Part shown: piece after piece, positions 9,214 through 18,675 of the stretch
Layout of the letters: each line of letters begins with the position of its first letter
Numbering within the stretch: position 1 is the stretch's first letter
Origin: a virus
Lineage: Duplodnaviria; Caudoviricetes
Reading direction: 5' to 3' (one strand)
Length of the DNA stretch: 64,000 bases
Virus record (IMG/VR): IMGVR_UViG_3300033067_002581
Location: 32,001 to 96,000 of that record
The notes under the pieces: generated by a model
Seen by the model: the letters and a program-made list of their open reading frames with translations, nothing else
The model's database searches: none
What the model was told of the DNA's origin: nothing
Translations under genes and position numbers: made by a program

Positions 9214-9368
9214 CTAGCGTCTCCGATCGCGATCGCTGTCATCGCTGCGGCGATCGCCGCAGCGATGAATCCCCACGCGATGATAAAGCGTTTGAACGGC
9301 GAGTGAAGCCCATCATCGCAATCGCACTCGCACATCGTCTCTATTTGCGGTCCTTTAGGTTTCATCAT
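9210..9368 (-). CDS. small membrane protein, 52 aa (not in ORF track)
   Basis: MMKPKGPQIETMCECDCDDGLHSPFKRFIIAWGFIAAAIAAAMTAIAIGDAR; ATGA overlaps at both ends; C-terminal hydrophobic helix. Confidence 0.6.
   Translation of the reverse strand: MMKPKGPQIETMCECDCDDGLHSPFKRFIIAWGFIAAAIAAAMTAIAIGDAR
9239..9268. repeat. 30-bp perfect palindrome
   Basis: TCATCGCTGCGGCGA|TCGCCGCAGCGATGA. Confidence 0.9.
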
Positions 9369-11812
9369 CCACACTTAGACGCACCGCAGTTTGAGCAGGT
9401 GACGCAGCCGCCCTGGTACACGAGTGACTTCATCTTGCACTCATCACACTCAGAGTCAACCTTCGTGCCGTCTGAGACATATGACTTTATTGTCCTCGCG
9501 ACGCAGGATGCAAACGATCCTATATCACTCCTCTTGTCCTTTTTCAACTGCTCAGCGAGCTCAGCAAGAGAGCATCCCTGGCGAAGCAGCAGTGACGCGA
9601 GGCGAGTTAACGCGCCATGGCTCGGATTCTCAAACAGCGCCACGATATCTCTAAAGATCAGCGGCTCGTCATCTGGGTGGCGTCGCAGCTCCACGTCATA
9701 TGTCGCCACACCATTCACTCGCTTGCTCTTGATGATCTCACCATGCTTGTACGAGCGTGGGATGTCGATCTTGTCTAACGAGCCAGCGAAGATCTCGTAT
9801 GGCTTGTTCTCTAGCTTCCCGACAAGGACGATGTGAGGCTCGCCACGCACAGACACTCTGTGAACGTCACATGGCAGAGATTTTGGTCTGTCGCGTGAAG
9901 CCTTGTGACGCGCGGCGTCACCGTCGCTGACCATCACACCTGCTCGCGAACCATCACGATAGACAGTCACGCCCTTGCATCCAAGCTTCCACGCCTCAAG
10001 GTAGACGAGCTCGACGTCTTCGATCGTAGCGTTTGAAGGCATGTTGACAGTCTTCGAGATCCCGTGACATATCCAGCGCTGCGCAGCTGCTTGCATCTTG
10101 ACAGACGCGAAGCAATCGACCTCAGCCGCAGCAGAACCCCAGTATGGTGATTCCCTGACGTCAGACTTACCTGTGACGGCTCTCCACCTGACGATGCCTG
10201 GGTGCTCTATCTTGTATTCTTTCCACTTGTCTCCAAGCTCATCGACGAAGTCAGCTGGGACGTCTCCGTCCTCAGACGTGAGCTTCCGTCGCCTGACGTA
10301 ATCATAGAGATACATCGGATCGACGCCGTTAGTGCACCGGGCCTCGATCGACGTAGATCCTGCTGGTGAATTCATCGTCATCGCGATGTTGCGCCTGCCG
10401 GTCGCGGCGTGCATGACCCTGTGCTTCTCATCGCACATGCTGAGCATCATCGAGATGAATGGGTGATCTCGCTCGACGACTGGATCCCACGCTGGGAACG
10501 CGCCTCTCTCAGCCGCCAGCTCACATGACGATTCCCACGCAGCCACGCATAGCGTCCTGTATAGATCGGACGTCGAGTTGACAGCCTCGTCTGACCCGTA
10601 CTTCTGACCGAGCATCGCGATCGCGTCAGCGAGCGCCGTGGCGCCGAGACCGGTCCTGCGCCCCCTGACTGCCTTGTCCCTGATCTTCTCCCACAGGAGT
10701 CGCTCTCTGCGTTTTACGTCATCAGCTTCAGGATCTGACGCGATCTTTTTCAGGATCTTGTCGATCGTCTCTATCTCGAGGTCGATCAGATCGTCCATCA
10801 GGCGCTGCGCGAGACGAACGTCTCTTTTTAGAGACTCATGATCGATGCGCGCGTCAGACGTGAAAGCATTCACGATATACGCGATAAAGTTCATGAGCAT
10901 CAGCCTACACGAGTCATACGGAGGCATCGGCAGCTCAGAGCACGGATTGGTGCTCACTGACACGAATTCAACGTACGCATCAGCTGGAGACATCCTCCTG
11001 ATCGTGTCCCAGAACAGCATACCTGGCTCAGCACACTTATGCGCTGATGACACTATCTCGCGCCAGACCTTTCTAGCGCTTGTCATGACGGAGATCGCTG
11101 GTGTTGCTGAATCGATTGGCCATCTCTGCTCGTAATCAGAATCGCTGACGACGGCGTTCATGAACGCGTCTGTCAGGCGAACTGACACGTTGGCACCTGT
11201 CACTCGCTTCAGGTCCTGCTTGACGCGTATGAACGTCATGATCTCTGGGTGATGCACGGAGCATGTCAGCATAAGCGCGCCGCGGCGGCCGTCCTGCGCG
11301 ACCTCGCGACAGGTGTTCGAATACCGCTCCATGAAGACAGCGATGCCGTCAGTCGTCCTGGCTGCGTTTTTCGTCACCGTTCCTTTCGGTCTGATCGTCG
11401 AGACATCGAGCCCGACGCCGCCGCGGCGTTTCATGATCTGCGCTATCTCTTCATCAGCTCTGAAGATGCCACCGTATGAATCCTCAGGAGATGAGACGAC
11501 AAAACAATTTGACAGGCTCTGCACCTGCGTCTCATTGCCGATTGCGGCCTGCGGTGACCCTTGCGGGATGACGCGCTCAAAGTTTTTCAGCAGATCGTAT
11601 ATGACCTGCTCTGACATCGGATTAACGTATTTCGCCTCAATCCTTGCGAACTCTCTCGCTAACCGGCGATGCATGTCATCAGGCGTCAGCTCCAGCAGCT
11701 GACCATTCTCAGTTGAGAGAGCGTATTTCGTGACAAAGACGTCAGCCGCCAGATGATCACCCGTAAAATATGCATTTGAGGCTTCAAGCGCCTGCTGCTG
11801 CGTGTAGCTCAC
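9365..11812 (-). CDS. nrdJ: class II (adenosylcobalamin-dependent) ribonucleotide reductase
   Basis: SLSNCFV, GGVGLDVS, TNPCSE, RRTGLG, SPAGSTS, ISKTVNMP, KGVTVYRDGSR, C-terminal Cys cluster. Confidence 0.92.
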   Translation of the reverse strand: MSYTQQQALEASNAYFTGDHLAADVFVTKYALSTENGQLLELTPDDMHRRLAREFARIEAKYVNPMSEQVIYDLLKNFERVIPQGSPQAAIGNETQVQSLSNCFVVSSPEDSYGGIFRADEEIAQIMKRRGGVGLDVSTIRPKGTVTKNAARTTDGIAVFMERYSNTCREVAQDGRRGALMLTCSVHHPEIMTFIRVKQDLKRVTGANVSVRLTDAFMNAVVSDSDYEQRWPIDSATPAISVMTSARKVWREIVSSAHKCAEPGMLFWDTIRRMSPADAYVEFVSVSTNPCSELPMPPYDSCRLMLMNFIAYIVNAFTSDARIDHESLKRDVRLAQRLMDDLIDLEIETIDKILKKIASDPEADDVKRRERLLWEKIRDKAVRGRRTGLGATALADAIAMLGQKYGSDEAVNSTSDLYRTLCVAAWESSCELAAERGAFPAWDPVVERDHPFISMMLSMCDEKHRVMHAATGRRNIAMTMNSPAGSTSIEARCTNGVDPMYLYDYVRRRKLTSEDGDVPADFVDELGDKWKEYKIEHPGIVRWRAVTGKSDVRESPYWGSAAAEVDCFASVKMQAAAQRWICHGISKTVNMPSNATIEDVELVYLEAWKLGCKGVTVYRDGSRAGVMVSDGDAARHKASRDRPKSLPCDVHRVSVRGEPHIVLVGKLENKPYEIFAGSLDKIDIPRSYKHGEIIKSKRVNGVATYDVELRRHPDDEPLIFRDIVALFENPSHGALTRLASLLLRQGCSLAELAEQLKKDKRSDIGSFASCVARTIKSYVSDGTKVDSECDECKMKSLVYQGGCVTCSNCGASKCG

Positions 11813-13229
11813 CGTTCACACCCCTCAGCTCCTCTTCATCGCGGAGCTCTTTCATTCTTGTTCTGAGCCTGCTGCGAAGCGATTCATCATCGTCATCACC
11901 ATGAAACCTATTCGATGGTGTAGAGCGCGCCTCCTCAGCAGGAGTGTCAAGCAACACAAACGTTGATCGCGCCGTATTGACGCGCAACCCATATAACATG
12001 CCATCTCTACCTGCGCGATTCTTTGCAACAAAGAGGCGCCCAACCCCTAGAGATTTCTCATGTGACTTACGAGACAGTGACAAGACAACGTCAGCCTCCA
12101 TCGCCTTGCTATATGCCTCAGACATATTGCTCAGGTCTACGACTTCAGCAGACGCGCCTTCCTTATTGCTCTGACTCGCTGTCCATATCGGGACGTCTAT
12201 CTCAGACGCATAGGCCCTGAGCTCTTGATATATCAACTGAAGCTCAAAGCGCTTAGCATCATACTGACGTGTGGAGCGCATGATGTCAGCGTAGTCGACG
12301 ACTATCAGATCCGGTTTGAACCCACGAGCGTTTAGCTTCTCAACGTGAGACCTGATGTTGTTGATCGTAGCCCAGCACGTCGGAAACTCCTTGATGAAGA
12401 GCCTTCCGAGTCTCATCTCTTTGTATTTCGCTAAGACGTCCGCTTTTCGCTCATGAACGTCATCACTGTCTATGTCACACAGGTTCGAGTCATATCTCAG
12501 ACCGACGAGCGACTCAGACATCTCAAGCGTGTAATGTATGACATTCTTTCCCTCACGCATTGCGTTAGAGCCAAGCATCGTAAGGAAATGTGACTTACCG
12601 ACACCAGTCGGCGCGACGATGACACCTAGCTCGCCACGACCCAGACCACCATTAAGCACGCCCTTTCCGTCAATCTTTGGCAACCCAGTGATCACTGGGT
12701 TCCTGTTTCGCTTGACGAACCTTGCGTCTGGCTCATTCAGAAAGTCGTGCCCAATCGTCGACGTAGCGCCGAGCGCGACAGCCTTCTTTATGATCTCAGA
12801 GACTGACTCGTATGAGTCAGTGGCCATCAGATCGATTGACTGCTCTATGGCGACCTTCAGCGCCTGTTTTCTGCAGAATTCGAGCGATTTGTCCTTGACG
12901 TACGGGAGATCACCAAGCTCATCATCTGAACGAATCTTTGTCAGAAACTCGACTATCTGTCCCTGGAGCGTCTCATCAGCGGAGTGCCTCAGCTCGTCCT
13001 TTACGATCGCCACGAGTATCTGGAACGTCGGAAACGCTCGGTATTTTTTCGCGTAATCAAAGCATAGCTGCGTCAGCAGCGCGAGGTACTTCAGATCAAA
13101 GTATGACGGTTGCAACACCTCAGCGATCTGCTCAGCCCACTTGTGATCTAGCAGAAGAGCTTGGACGACGCGCTCCTGAAACGTCTTTCCATACCTTGAC
13201 AGAGAATCAGGCATCACGTTATCATGCAT
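11784..13229 (-). CDS. replicative DnaB/gp41-like helicase
   Basis: APTGVGKS, YTLEMSE, VVDYADIM, WTASQSN, KNRAG. Confidence 0.92.
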   Translation of the reverse strand: MHDNVMPDSLSRYGKTFQERVVQALLLDHKWAEQIAEVLQPSYFDLKYLALLTQLCFDYAKKYRAFPTFQILVAIVKDELRHSADETLQGQIVEFLTKIRSDDELGDLPYVKDKSLEFCRKQALKVAIEQSIDLMATDSYESVSEIIKKAVALGATSTIGHDFLNEPDARFVKRNRNPVITGLPKIDGKGVLNGGLGRGELGVIVAPTGVGKSHFLTMLGSNAMREGKNVIHYTLEMSESLVGLRYDSNLCDIDSDDVHERKADVLAKYKEMRLGRLFIKEFPTCWATINNIRSHVEKLNARGFKPDLIVVDYADIMRSTRQYDAKRFELQLIYQELRAYASEIDVPIWTASQSNKEGASAEVVDLSNMSEAYSKAMEADVVLSLSRKSHEKSLGVGRLFVAKNRAGRDGMLYGLRVNTARSTFVLLDTPAEEARSTPSNRFHGDDDDESLRSRLRTRMKELRDEEELRGVNGELHAAAGA

Positions 13230-14197
13230 CCCTTGTACCTCCCAAAAGCAGTAACGATGTCATCAACATTAAGGCTTGATGTGCCCTCCTGCACCAATAC
13301 AGCGTACATCGAGACAACGTCAACCGGTGATCGAGGCGTCTGAAGAAGAGCGCAGATCTGAGACGCTTTCGCAGGCGACAGGCTGGTGATGTCAAGCTTG
13401 ACCAGCTCCCAATTCCTGCGAATCAGCTTCTCAGCGTTTGCTATCCTCTCGCAAGAGTGTGACTCGTGCCTGTGAGATGACGCAAAATTGATGACATCAT
13501 CCAGTATGACACCGCGCTCACGCACCAAGCTTACGCTCTTCACTAGCGTCTTAAAACCGATCCTAGACACGCCAGGGATGTTGTCGCTCGGATCGCCACA
13601 GACAGCCTTCGCTATGCCAAAATTCTCAGCAAGTATCCCATACTCATCATAGACATCAGACGCTGTGAGGACTCGCTTCTTATGAAACGAAAACTGCGTC
13701 ACCCTGTCAGACAGGAGCTGATGCATGTCCTTATCAGATGACGCGATCATCACTGGTCTCTTGATAAGAGGTCCACACGTCAGGTACGCTATCACATCAT
13801 CGCCCTCAACATCTTCAGCATATAGCTGCCAAACAGGGAGGCAGCGAAGCAGTTTCACGAGAGCTATCGTCTGGTGGACTCTGTTCTCATCAGAATCTGG
13901 GATGTCATCTGCGTAAAACCTGTTTAGCTTCTCTGGCCTGCGATTCATCTTGTAATCAGCGTATATGTTCCTCCTCCTAGAGGAGCCTCCACCTTCCCAC
14001 ACGATGATCACACCGCTTGGCGCATAATCGTTAACCAACTTTGTCAGCGTCTTCATGAACCCAACGAAGCCACCGAGCTGGTAGCCATGAGAGCTGACTG
14101 ACGGATAAGCGCAATACGCTCTCACAAAAGCGTTACTACCATCTACGATCAAAACTGGCGCAGCGCTAGACTCAGAATTCAGAACGTCTGCACTCAT
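13214..14197 (-). CDS. 5'-3' exonuclease / flap endonuclease (T4 RNase H-like)
   Basis: IVDGSN, YKMNR, EGDDVI, SSDKD, GDPSDNIPGV. Confidence 0.92.
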   Translation of the reverse strand: MSADVLNSESSAAPVLIVDGSNAFVRAYCAYPSVSSHGYQLGGFVGFMKTLTKLVNDYAPSGVIIVWEGGGSSRRRNIYADYKMNRRPEKLNRFYADDIPDSDENRVHQTIALVKLLRCLPVWQLYAEDVEGDDVIAYLTCGPLIKRPVMIASSDKDMHQLLSDRVTQFSFHKKRVLTASDVYDEYGILAENFGIAKAVCGDPSDNIPGVSRIGFKTLVKSVSLVRERGVILDDVINFASSHRHESHSCERIANAEKLIRRNWELVKLDITSLSPAKASQICALLQTPRSPVDVVSMYAVLVQEGTSSLNVDDIVTAFGRYKGCMIT

Positions 14198-14321
14198 GTG
14201 ATCTCCTGATGTCGCCTGACAACGCTCGAATCGAACCGATCATGTCAATCATTGATCCACCTAATCCAGCAACCGCGCGTGTCGATCTGAGACTGATACA
14301 GCGATTCTTAGATCGACAATA

Positions 14322-14837
14322 TCACCTGGTAGAAGATCTAATGTTGCTGTCATCAGTCGATCCGAACCCAGCACCTTTTCTGTCAGTTGACAGAACGATG
14401 TTTTTTGGAGCTGGGTGCGCGTGTCTATAGAAGACGATCTGCGCTATCTTCTGCTTCGCACCGATAAAGAGCGCAGCACCAGAGACGTTACACATCACGA
14501 CTTTTATTTCGCCACCAAGATAAATCGGATCTATGATCCCGCCGATAGGGAACGCTGCTTGGATAGCTATTGATGACCTTCCCTCTATCTTTGGAAAGCA
14601 TCTTCGAGAGCAATGAGCGAGGCCGACACCGGTCTTGACGATCGAGACGCCTGGCGCTAGAATCACATCATCAAGCGCATAGACATCATATCCGACATCA
14701 CCATCATGCGCCACAGCTGGCAGTGTCGCTCTATCATCAAGTCGCTTGAACTCAGCGCTTAAAAACAGCGCTCGTTTTATTCTAAGCGCTATGTTTCGAA
14801 GCGTCGTGACGTCGATAAAGACTGGTGTCACGATCAC
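14322..14837 (-). CDS. dut: trimeric dUTPase
   Basis: GDVGYDV, GRSS, GIIDPIY, IAQIV, RKGAGFGST. Confidence 0.88.
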   Translation of the reverse strand: MIVTPVFIDVTTLRNIALRIKRALFLSAEFKRLDDRATLPAVAHDGDVGYDVYALDDVILAPGVSIVKTGVGLAHCSRRCFPKIEGRSSIAIQAAFPIGGIIDPIYLGGEIKVVMCNVSGAALFIGAKQKIAQIVFYRHAHPAPKNIVLSTDRKGAGFGSTDDSNIRSSTR

Positions 14838-16036
14838 TCCTTGATCTCGTCTAGTGACATGACTGACTGCGCATCATCCTGCGTATCAGACGATACGTCA
14901 TTTGGATTCACGTTAGCCGTGATATAGACAGCGTCCATCATCTGGTTGACGTGCTCCGCGAACTCTAGATCGCTCATCAGCTCACGCAGCTGTGATTTCT
15001 GAAACCTTTTCTGATAGACGATCTCGTCACCACGTACCACAGCGAGCGTGCGCCATGATCCACTAGGTGGAGCGTCATATACGTACTGACACCCGTTCGC
15101 GCCTGTCAGTGGCCCACTCTTCATAGACTCAGCGAACTGTTTAAAGATGTGATCGTGCTCTATGATCCCATATCCGAACAGTATGTTAAACGTCGCCTTC
15201 CTAAACGGACGAGACACCTTGTTCTTGACGATCGTGGCCGTCACCTCGATGCCGACGACCTCTTCATCAACCTTTATCGCCTTGCCCGCGCTAAGCTTCA
15301 CTCTGACTGACGCATGAAACGGGATCGCCGCGCCGCCAGGCGTGAACTCTGGATTACCAAAGATCACTCCGACCTTGCTCTTGATCTGGTTTAGGCACAG
15401 GAATGTCACGTTGTTTGACGCGATCAGGCCGGTGATCTTCCTCAGCGCCTTTGCGATCATCCTTGCCTGGAGTCCCATCTGCATCTTGTCGTAATCGCCC
15501 TCGAGCTCTTCTTTTGGAGCGGTGGCCGCGACTGAGTCCCAGACTATCAGTATCGGAACGTTCAGCTTGGCGTTTGCCGCGTGAATGATCGCTGACTCAG
15601 CGATCTTAAAGACCTCCTCAGTACAGTGTGTGTCACAGTATAGGAAGCGCTTGCTCACGTCAACGCCCATCTCTGACAGCTTCTCTAATGGGACGGCGTT
15701 CTCAGAATCGATGTAGACGACCATTCCACCCAGCTGCTGCACGGTGCGAGCCATGTGAAACGCGATATGTGACTTCCCACTAGACGGCGGGCCAGCGATC
15801 TCGATGATCCTGCCTTCTGGCATGCCTCCGTTGCGCCTGTTAGAGACGATGTAATCAAGCTGACGTGAACCAGTGTGAATCCATCTCTTGATATGAGTGG
15901 GCGACTCGTCAGAGCTGAGGTTGTACGCGACTCTCGTCCCGAACTCCTTGTTCAGGCTCTGGATCATAGAGCGAGAGATATCCTCCGCCTCACAGGCCTG
16001 ACCGACCTGAGGCTCTTGCTTCTTCTGTTTTGCCAA
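14834..16036 (-). CDS. recA: RecA/UvsX recombinase
   Basis: GRIIEIAGPPSSGKS, IDSENA, WDSVAA, MGLQAR, LNQI, TPGG, KNKV. Confidence 0.93.
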   Translation of the reverse strand: MAKQKKQEPQVGQACEAEDISRSMIQSLNKEFGTRVAYNLSSDESPTHIKRWIHTGSRQLDYIVSNRRNGGMPEGRIIEIAGPPSSGKSHIAFHMARTVQQLGGMVVYIDSENAVPLEKLSEMGVDVSKRFLYCDTHCTEEVFKIAESAIIHAANAKLNVPILIVWDSVAATAPKEELEGDYDKMQMGLQARMIAKALRKITGLIASNNVTFLCLNQIKSKVGVIFGNPEFTPGGAAIPFHASVRVKLSAGKAIKVDEEVVGIEVTATIVKNKVSRPFRKATFNILFGYGIIEHDHIFKQFAESMKSGPLTGANGCQYVYDAPPSGSWRTLAVVRGDEIVYQKRFQKSQLRELMSDLEFAEHVNQMMDAVYITANVNPNDVSSDTQDDAQSVMSLDEIKE

Positions 16037-16048
16037 TGTTACACCTGT

Positions 16049-16077
16049 TGGCGCAAGCGCTTAAAGCGCTTGCGCCA
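16049..16077. promoter_or_regulatory. 14-bp-arm inverted repeat between ssb and recA
   Basis: TGGCGCAAGCGCTT-A-AAGCGCTTGCGCCA. Confidence 0.6.
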
Positions 16078-16089
16078 CTATTTGAGCGT

Positions 16090-16902
16090 TTAGCGCTGTG
16101 AGTCTTTGAACATGTTCTCTAGCTCATCCAGCGTCTTCTGTGACTTGTTAGCTGGCTTCGCTTCTGAGGCAGACTTGTCTGACTTTGTCGCCTCATCATC
16201 CTGCTTCTCGCCGCGCTCAGTGCCATATCCCTGATCGCCAGGTGCGCCATCATTGATCCACTGATCAAGCATGCGCTTGCACTCATCATAAGGCTTCTGC
16301 TTATAGATGTCATCAAGGCGAGGGATCTGCTTAAGCAGATCGTCGATCTCCTTCTTAGAGGACATCGCGACTGACGGCTTTCGACTAGCGTCAACAGACG
16401 TATCGTTAAACTTCTTGCCAGGCGCGCGAGAGATCGTGACCTTTAGGTCATAACCGTCTTGAAGGTCAAGGAAATCTCCGATGTCAGAATCGCAGAAGAA
16501 TCCGAGCAGCCTAGCGTGGATCTCCTTGCCGACGCTCCAGATCTTGACGCCCTCGGACTCCTTGCCACGAACGATGACAGGGATATACGCTCGAACCTTT
16601 GGTAGCAATCGCTTCGCGAGCGTCTTGTCATCTTCCTTTTTCGTGCTGAAGAGCTTGTCGCGCATCTCCTTCACTGGGTCTCTCGCGCTGAACTGAAACG
16701 GCGCCAGCAACCTGTTGTCACCAAAGTAGTAGAATGCGCGCTCGTGAAAAGGCTGGCCTGCTTCAGCGTCCGGCCATGGAAGGCAGCGGATCTTGTACTC
16801 GCCGATCTCCGGGCGCCAGGCGTTCATTCCGCCACCTGACTTTGAGCGACCTTCAGAGATCATCTTCAGTTTTTCACGAATCGCTGCGATATCGACTGCC
16901 AT
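16090..16902 (-). CDS. single-stranded DNA-binding protein (gp32-like)
   Basis: WRP..G...IRCLP, GVKIW, DLQDGYDLKV, acidic tail ending LDELENMF; lies next to recA. Confidence 0.8.
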   Translation of the reverse strand: MAVDIAAIREKLKMISEGRSKSGGGMNAWRPEIGEYKIRCLPWPDAEAGQPFHERAFYYFGDNRLLAPFQFSARDPVKEMRDKLFSTKKEDDKTLAKRLLPKVRAYIPVIVRGKESEGVKIWSVGKEIHARLLGFFCDSDIGDFLDLQDGYDLKVTISRAPGKKFNDTSVDASRKPSVAMSSKKEIDDLLKQIPRLDDIYKQKPYDECKRMLDQWINDGAPGDQGYGTERGEKQDDEATKSDKSASEAKPANKSQKTLDELENMFKDSQR

Positions 16903-16952
16903 CTGTCACTTCTCCCTTTTAAGAAGCGCTACCGTTAGGTGCGCTGTACTCG

Positions 16953-17573
16953 TCACTTGCCAAGCGAGAGATCATCTCCACGCTTCTCTTGCAAAGTAGC
17001 GAGATAGTCTGCTGTCTGCACGACATGGACCAGAGGTGGCTCCTTCAGACAGTACGTCTTGTTCTCCTGAACGACCCACCCATCATTTAGATAGATAGAC
17101 AGCCACTCGTCCTCCTTCAATGTGACACCAAAGGAGTTTAGGATGAACAACCCTCTGAGGGGCACGGACATGTACGTCAATTTGTCGTTATGAGCATACA
17201 TCTCACCGCGGTGTTCCCTACGCCATTTGTCAGGCTGCGGGACGTAATACGGGCGTTTTCCATCACCGATCTTACCCAGATCATGAAATAACGTTGCTAT
17301 GATCAGCGACTCACGATCGACTGGTATGAGCATGCTAGAGCTGTACTTGACAGCGTTGCGAAGAACGCGGAGCGAGTGCTCAACGAGCCCACCAGAAAAC
17401 GCGTTATGAAAATCAACCCTCGCCGACGCCGGAGTGACCGCCAGCTCGCTGCCTATCGCCTCTAGCATCTTAGAGATCGCGCTGCAACGCGGTTCAGACA
17501 CGCTGTGGCAGAACTTTTCATACACGTTCCAGTTTTTGACGATCTGCTCTTCGCTCAATTCTGTCAGCGGCAC
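16953..17573 (-). CDS. HD-domain phosphohydrolase
   Basis: TPAS...HNAFSGGLVEHSLRV, LFHDLGKIG, ADY. Confidence 0.85.
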   Translation of the reverse strand: MPLTELSEEQIVKNWNVYEKFCHSVSEPRCSAISKMLEAIGSELAVTPASARVDFHNAFSGGLVEHSLRVLRNAVKYSSSMLIPVDRESLIIATLFHDLGKIGDGKRPYYVPQPDKWRREHRGEMYAHNDKLTYMSVPLRGLFILNSFGVTLKEDEWLSIYLNDGWVVQENKTYCLKEPPLVHVVQTADYLATLQEKRGDDLSLGK

Positions 17574-18641
17574 TTATTTGATCCTCGAGACCTTATAGTA
17601 AAGCCTACCGACGGTATCGACATCCACGTGACCTATCTCTCCGTCACTGAGGACGCCGTGTTGATCTTGGACGATAACCGCGTCATGGATGATCGCTAGC
17701 GGTCTGACGTCTCGCGATCTGCAGATCATATCAAACCCAAGCACCGCGGCGTCAACGGCAGTTGATTGCGCAAAATCATTGATCACACAACCGTCATCAT
17801 CAAAATCATCTGACATGATCAGCCTGCCGTACGCGTTCGTGACCCGGCGTTGATCGATCGACATCGCTCTTATCGTCGTCGCGAGATCATCAAGCCTGAA
17901 CCATTCCGCTAATGCCTTAGCGTCTCTAGTCCTCGCAGACGGCGTGTTGTATAGAGCGATCACGACAGCTCGCTTAGCCGCGGCTCGATCGCTGACTGTG
18001 AGCACGTTACTCGCTAGCCACTCATACAGATCGGATCCTGAGAATTTCGCTCCAACGGTGTTAGCGATGATCGTCGGTTCAAGCGCTCGAAAATCGACAT
18101 AAAACAGAGGAGAGTCAACATCGGTTCGCAGCGTTGAGCGCAGCTCACTTCTCATGGTGAGCACAGGAGCGCCTGACGTCACGATCATCCTACCGGTGCG
18201 CGTCGATAGCCGACTGTATGAGATCCTCTTGAGTTCTCCATCTCCAGCAGAGCATGGCACAAGCGTCTCAAGAAAATCACTCACGTGACGCCAGGTGCCA
18301 TCGTAGTAAGGCCTGATGATGTCAGCCTTGGCCTCTACTGCCTGCGCTACGAATGACACCACGCAGCTCTTGAACACACGAGTCGGGAGCATCATGCTCC
18401 ACATAGGATCCGTGTCACCAAAGACCTGCTTGCTCACGATCTTGTACTCATCTGGAAACGATAGGTGAGCGTCGCTCGCCGCCAATCGAAGCATCGTGTC
18501 AAAGCAGTCGCTGGTCTTAAACTTACCTGTGTACACTGGGACGCCAACTGGCGTGTCACTGACCCACGTTCCGTCCGCGCCAGTGTCATCAAAGACGAGG
18601 TGCTTCTTAGCGCCGAGCGCGGACGCATGGATGCAGAACAT
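17574..18641 (-). CDS. reduced family-A DNA polymerase-like protein (palm/fingers only)
   Basis: TGR, motif A DFRALEP, motif B RAAAKRAVVIALY, NAYGR, NDFAQSTAVD, motif C IIHDAV. Confidence 0.7.
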   Translation of the reverse strand: MFCIHASALGAKKHLVFDDTGADGTWVSDTPVGVPVYTGKFKTSDCFDTMLRLAASDAHLSFPDEYKIVSKQVFGDTDPMWSMMLPTRVFKSCVVSFVAQAVEAKADIIRPYYDGTWRHVSDFLETLVPCSAGDGELKRISYSRLSTRTGRMIVTSGAPVLTMRSELRSTLRTDVDSPLFYVDFRALEPTIIANTVGAKFSGSDLYEWLASNVLTVSDRAAAKRAVVIALYNTPSARTRDAKALAEWFRLDDLATTIRAMSIDQRRVTNAYGRLIMSDDFDDDGCVINDFAQSTAVDAAVLGFDMICRSRDVRPLAIIHDAVIVQDQHGVLSDGEIGHVDVDTVGRLYYKVSRIK

Positions 18642-18675
18642 GAACGTGATGATTCTTCATGAGATCATGATATTA

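Noticed and set aside
14209-14430. 73-aa plus-strand ORF
   Set aside because: Overlaps dut antisense, with no RBS or motif support
9365-16036. Inteins or introns in nrdJ, helicase or recA
   Set aside because: Protein lengths are ordinary and motifs contiguous; no splice-junction signatures noticed
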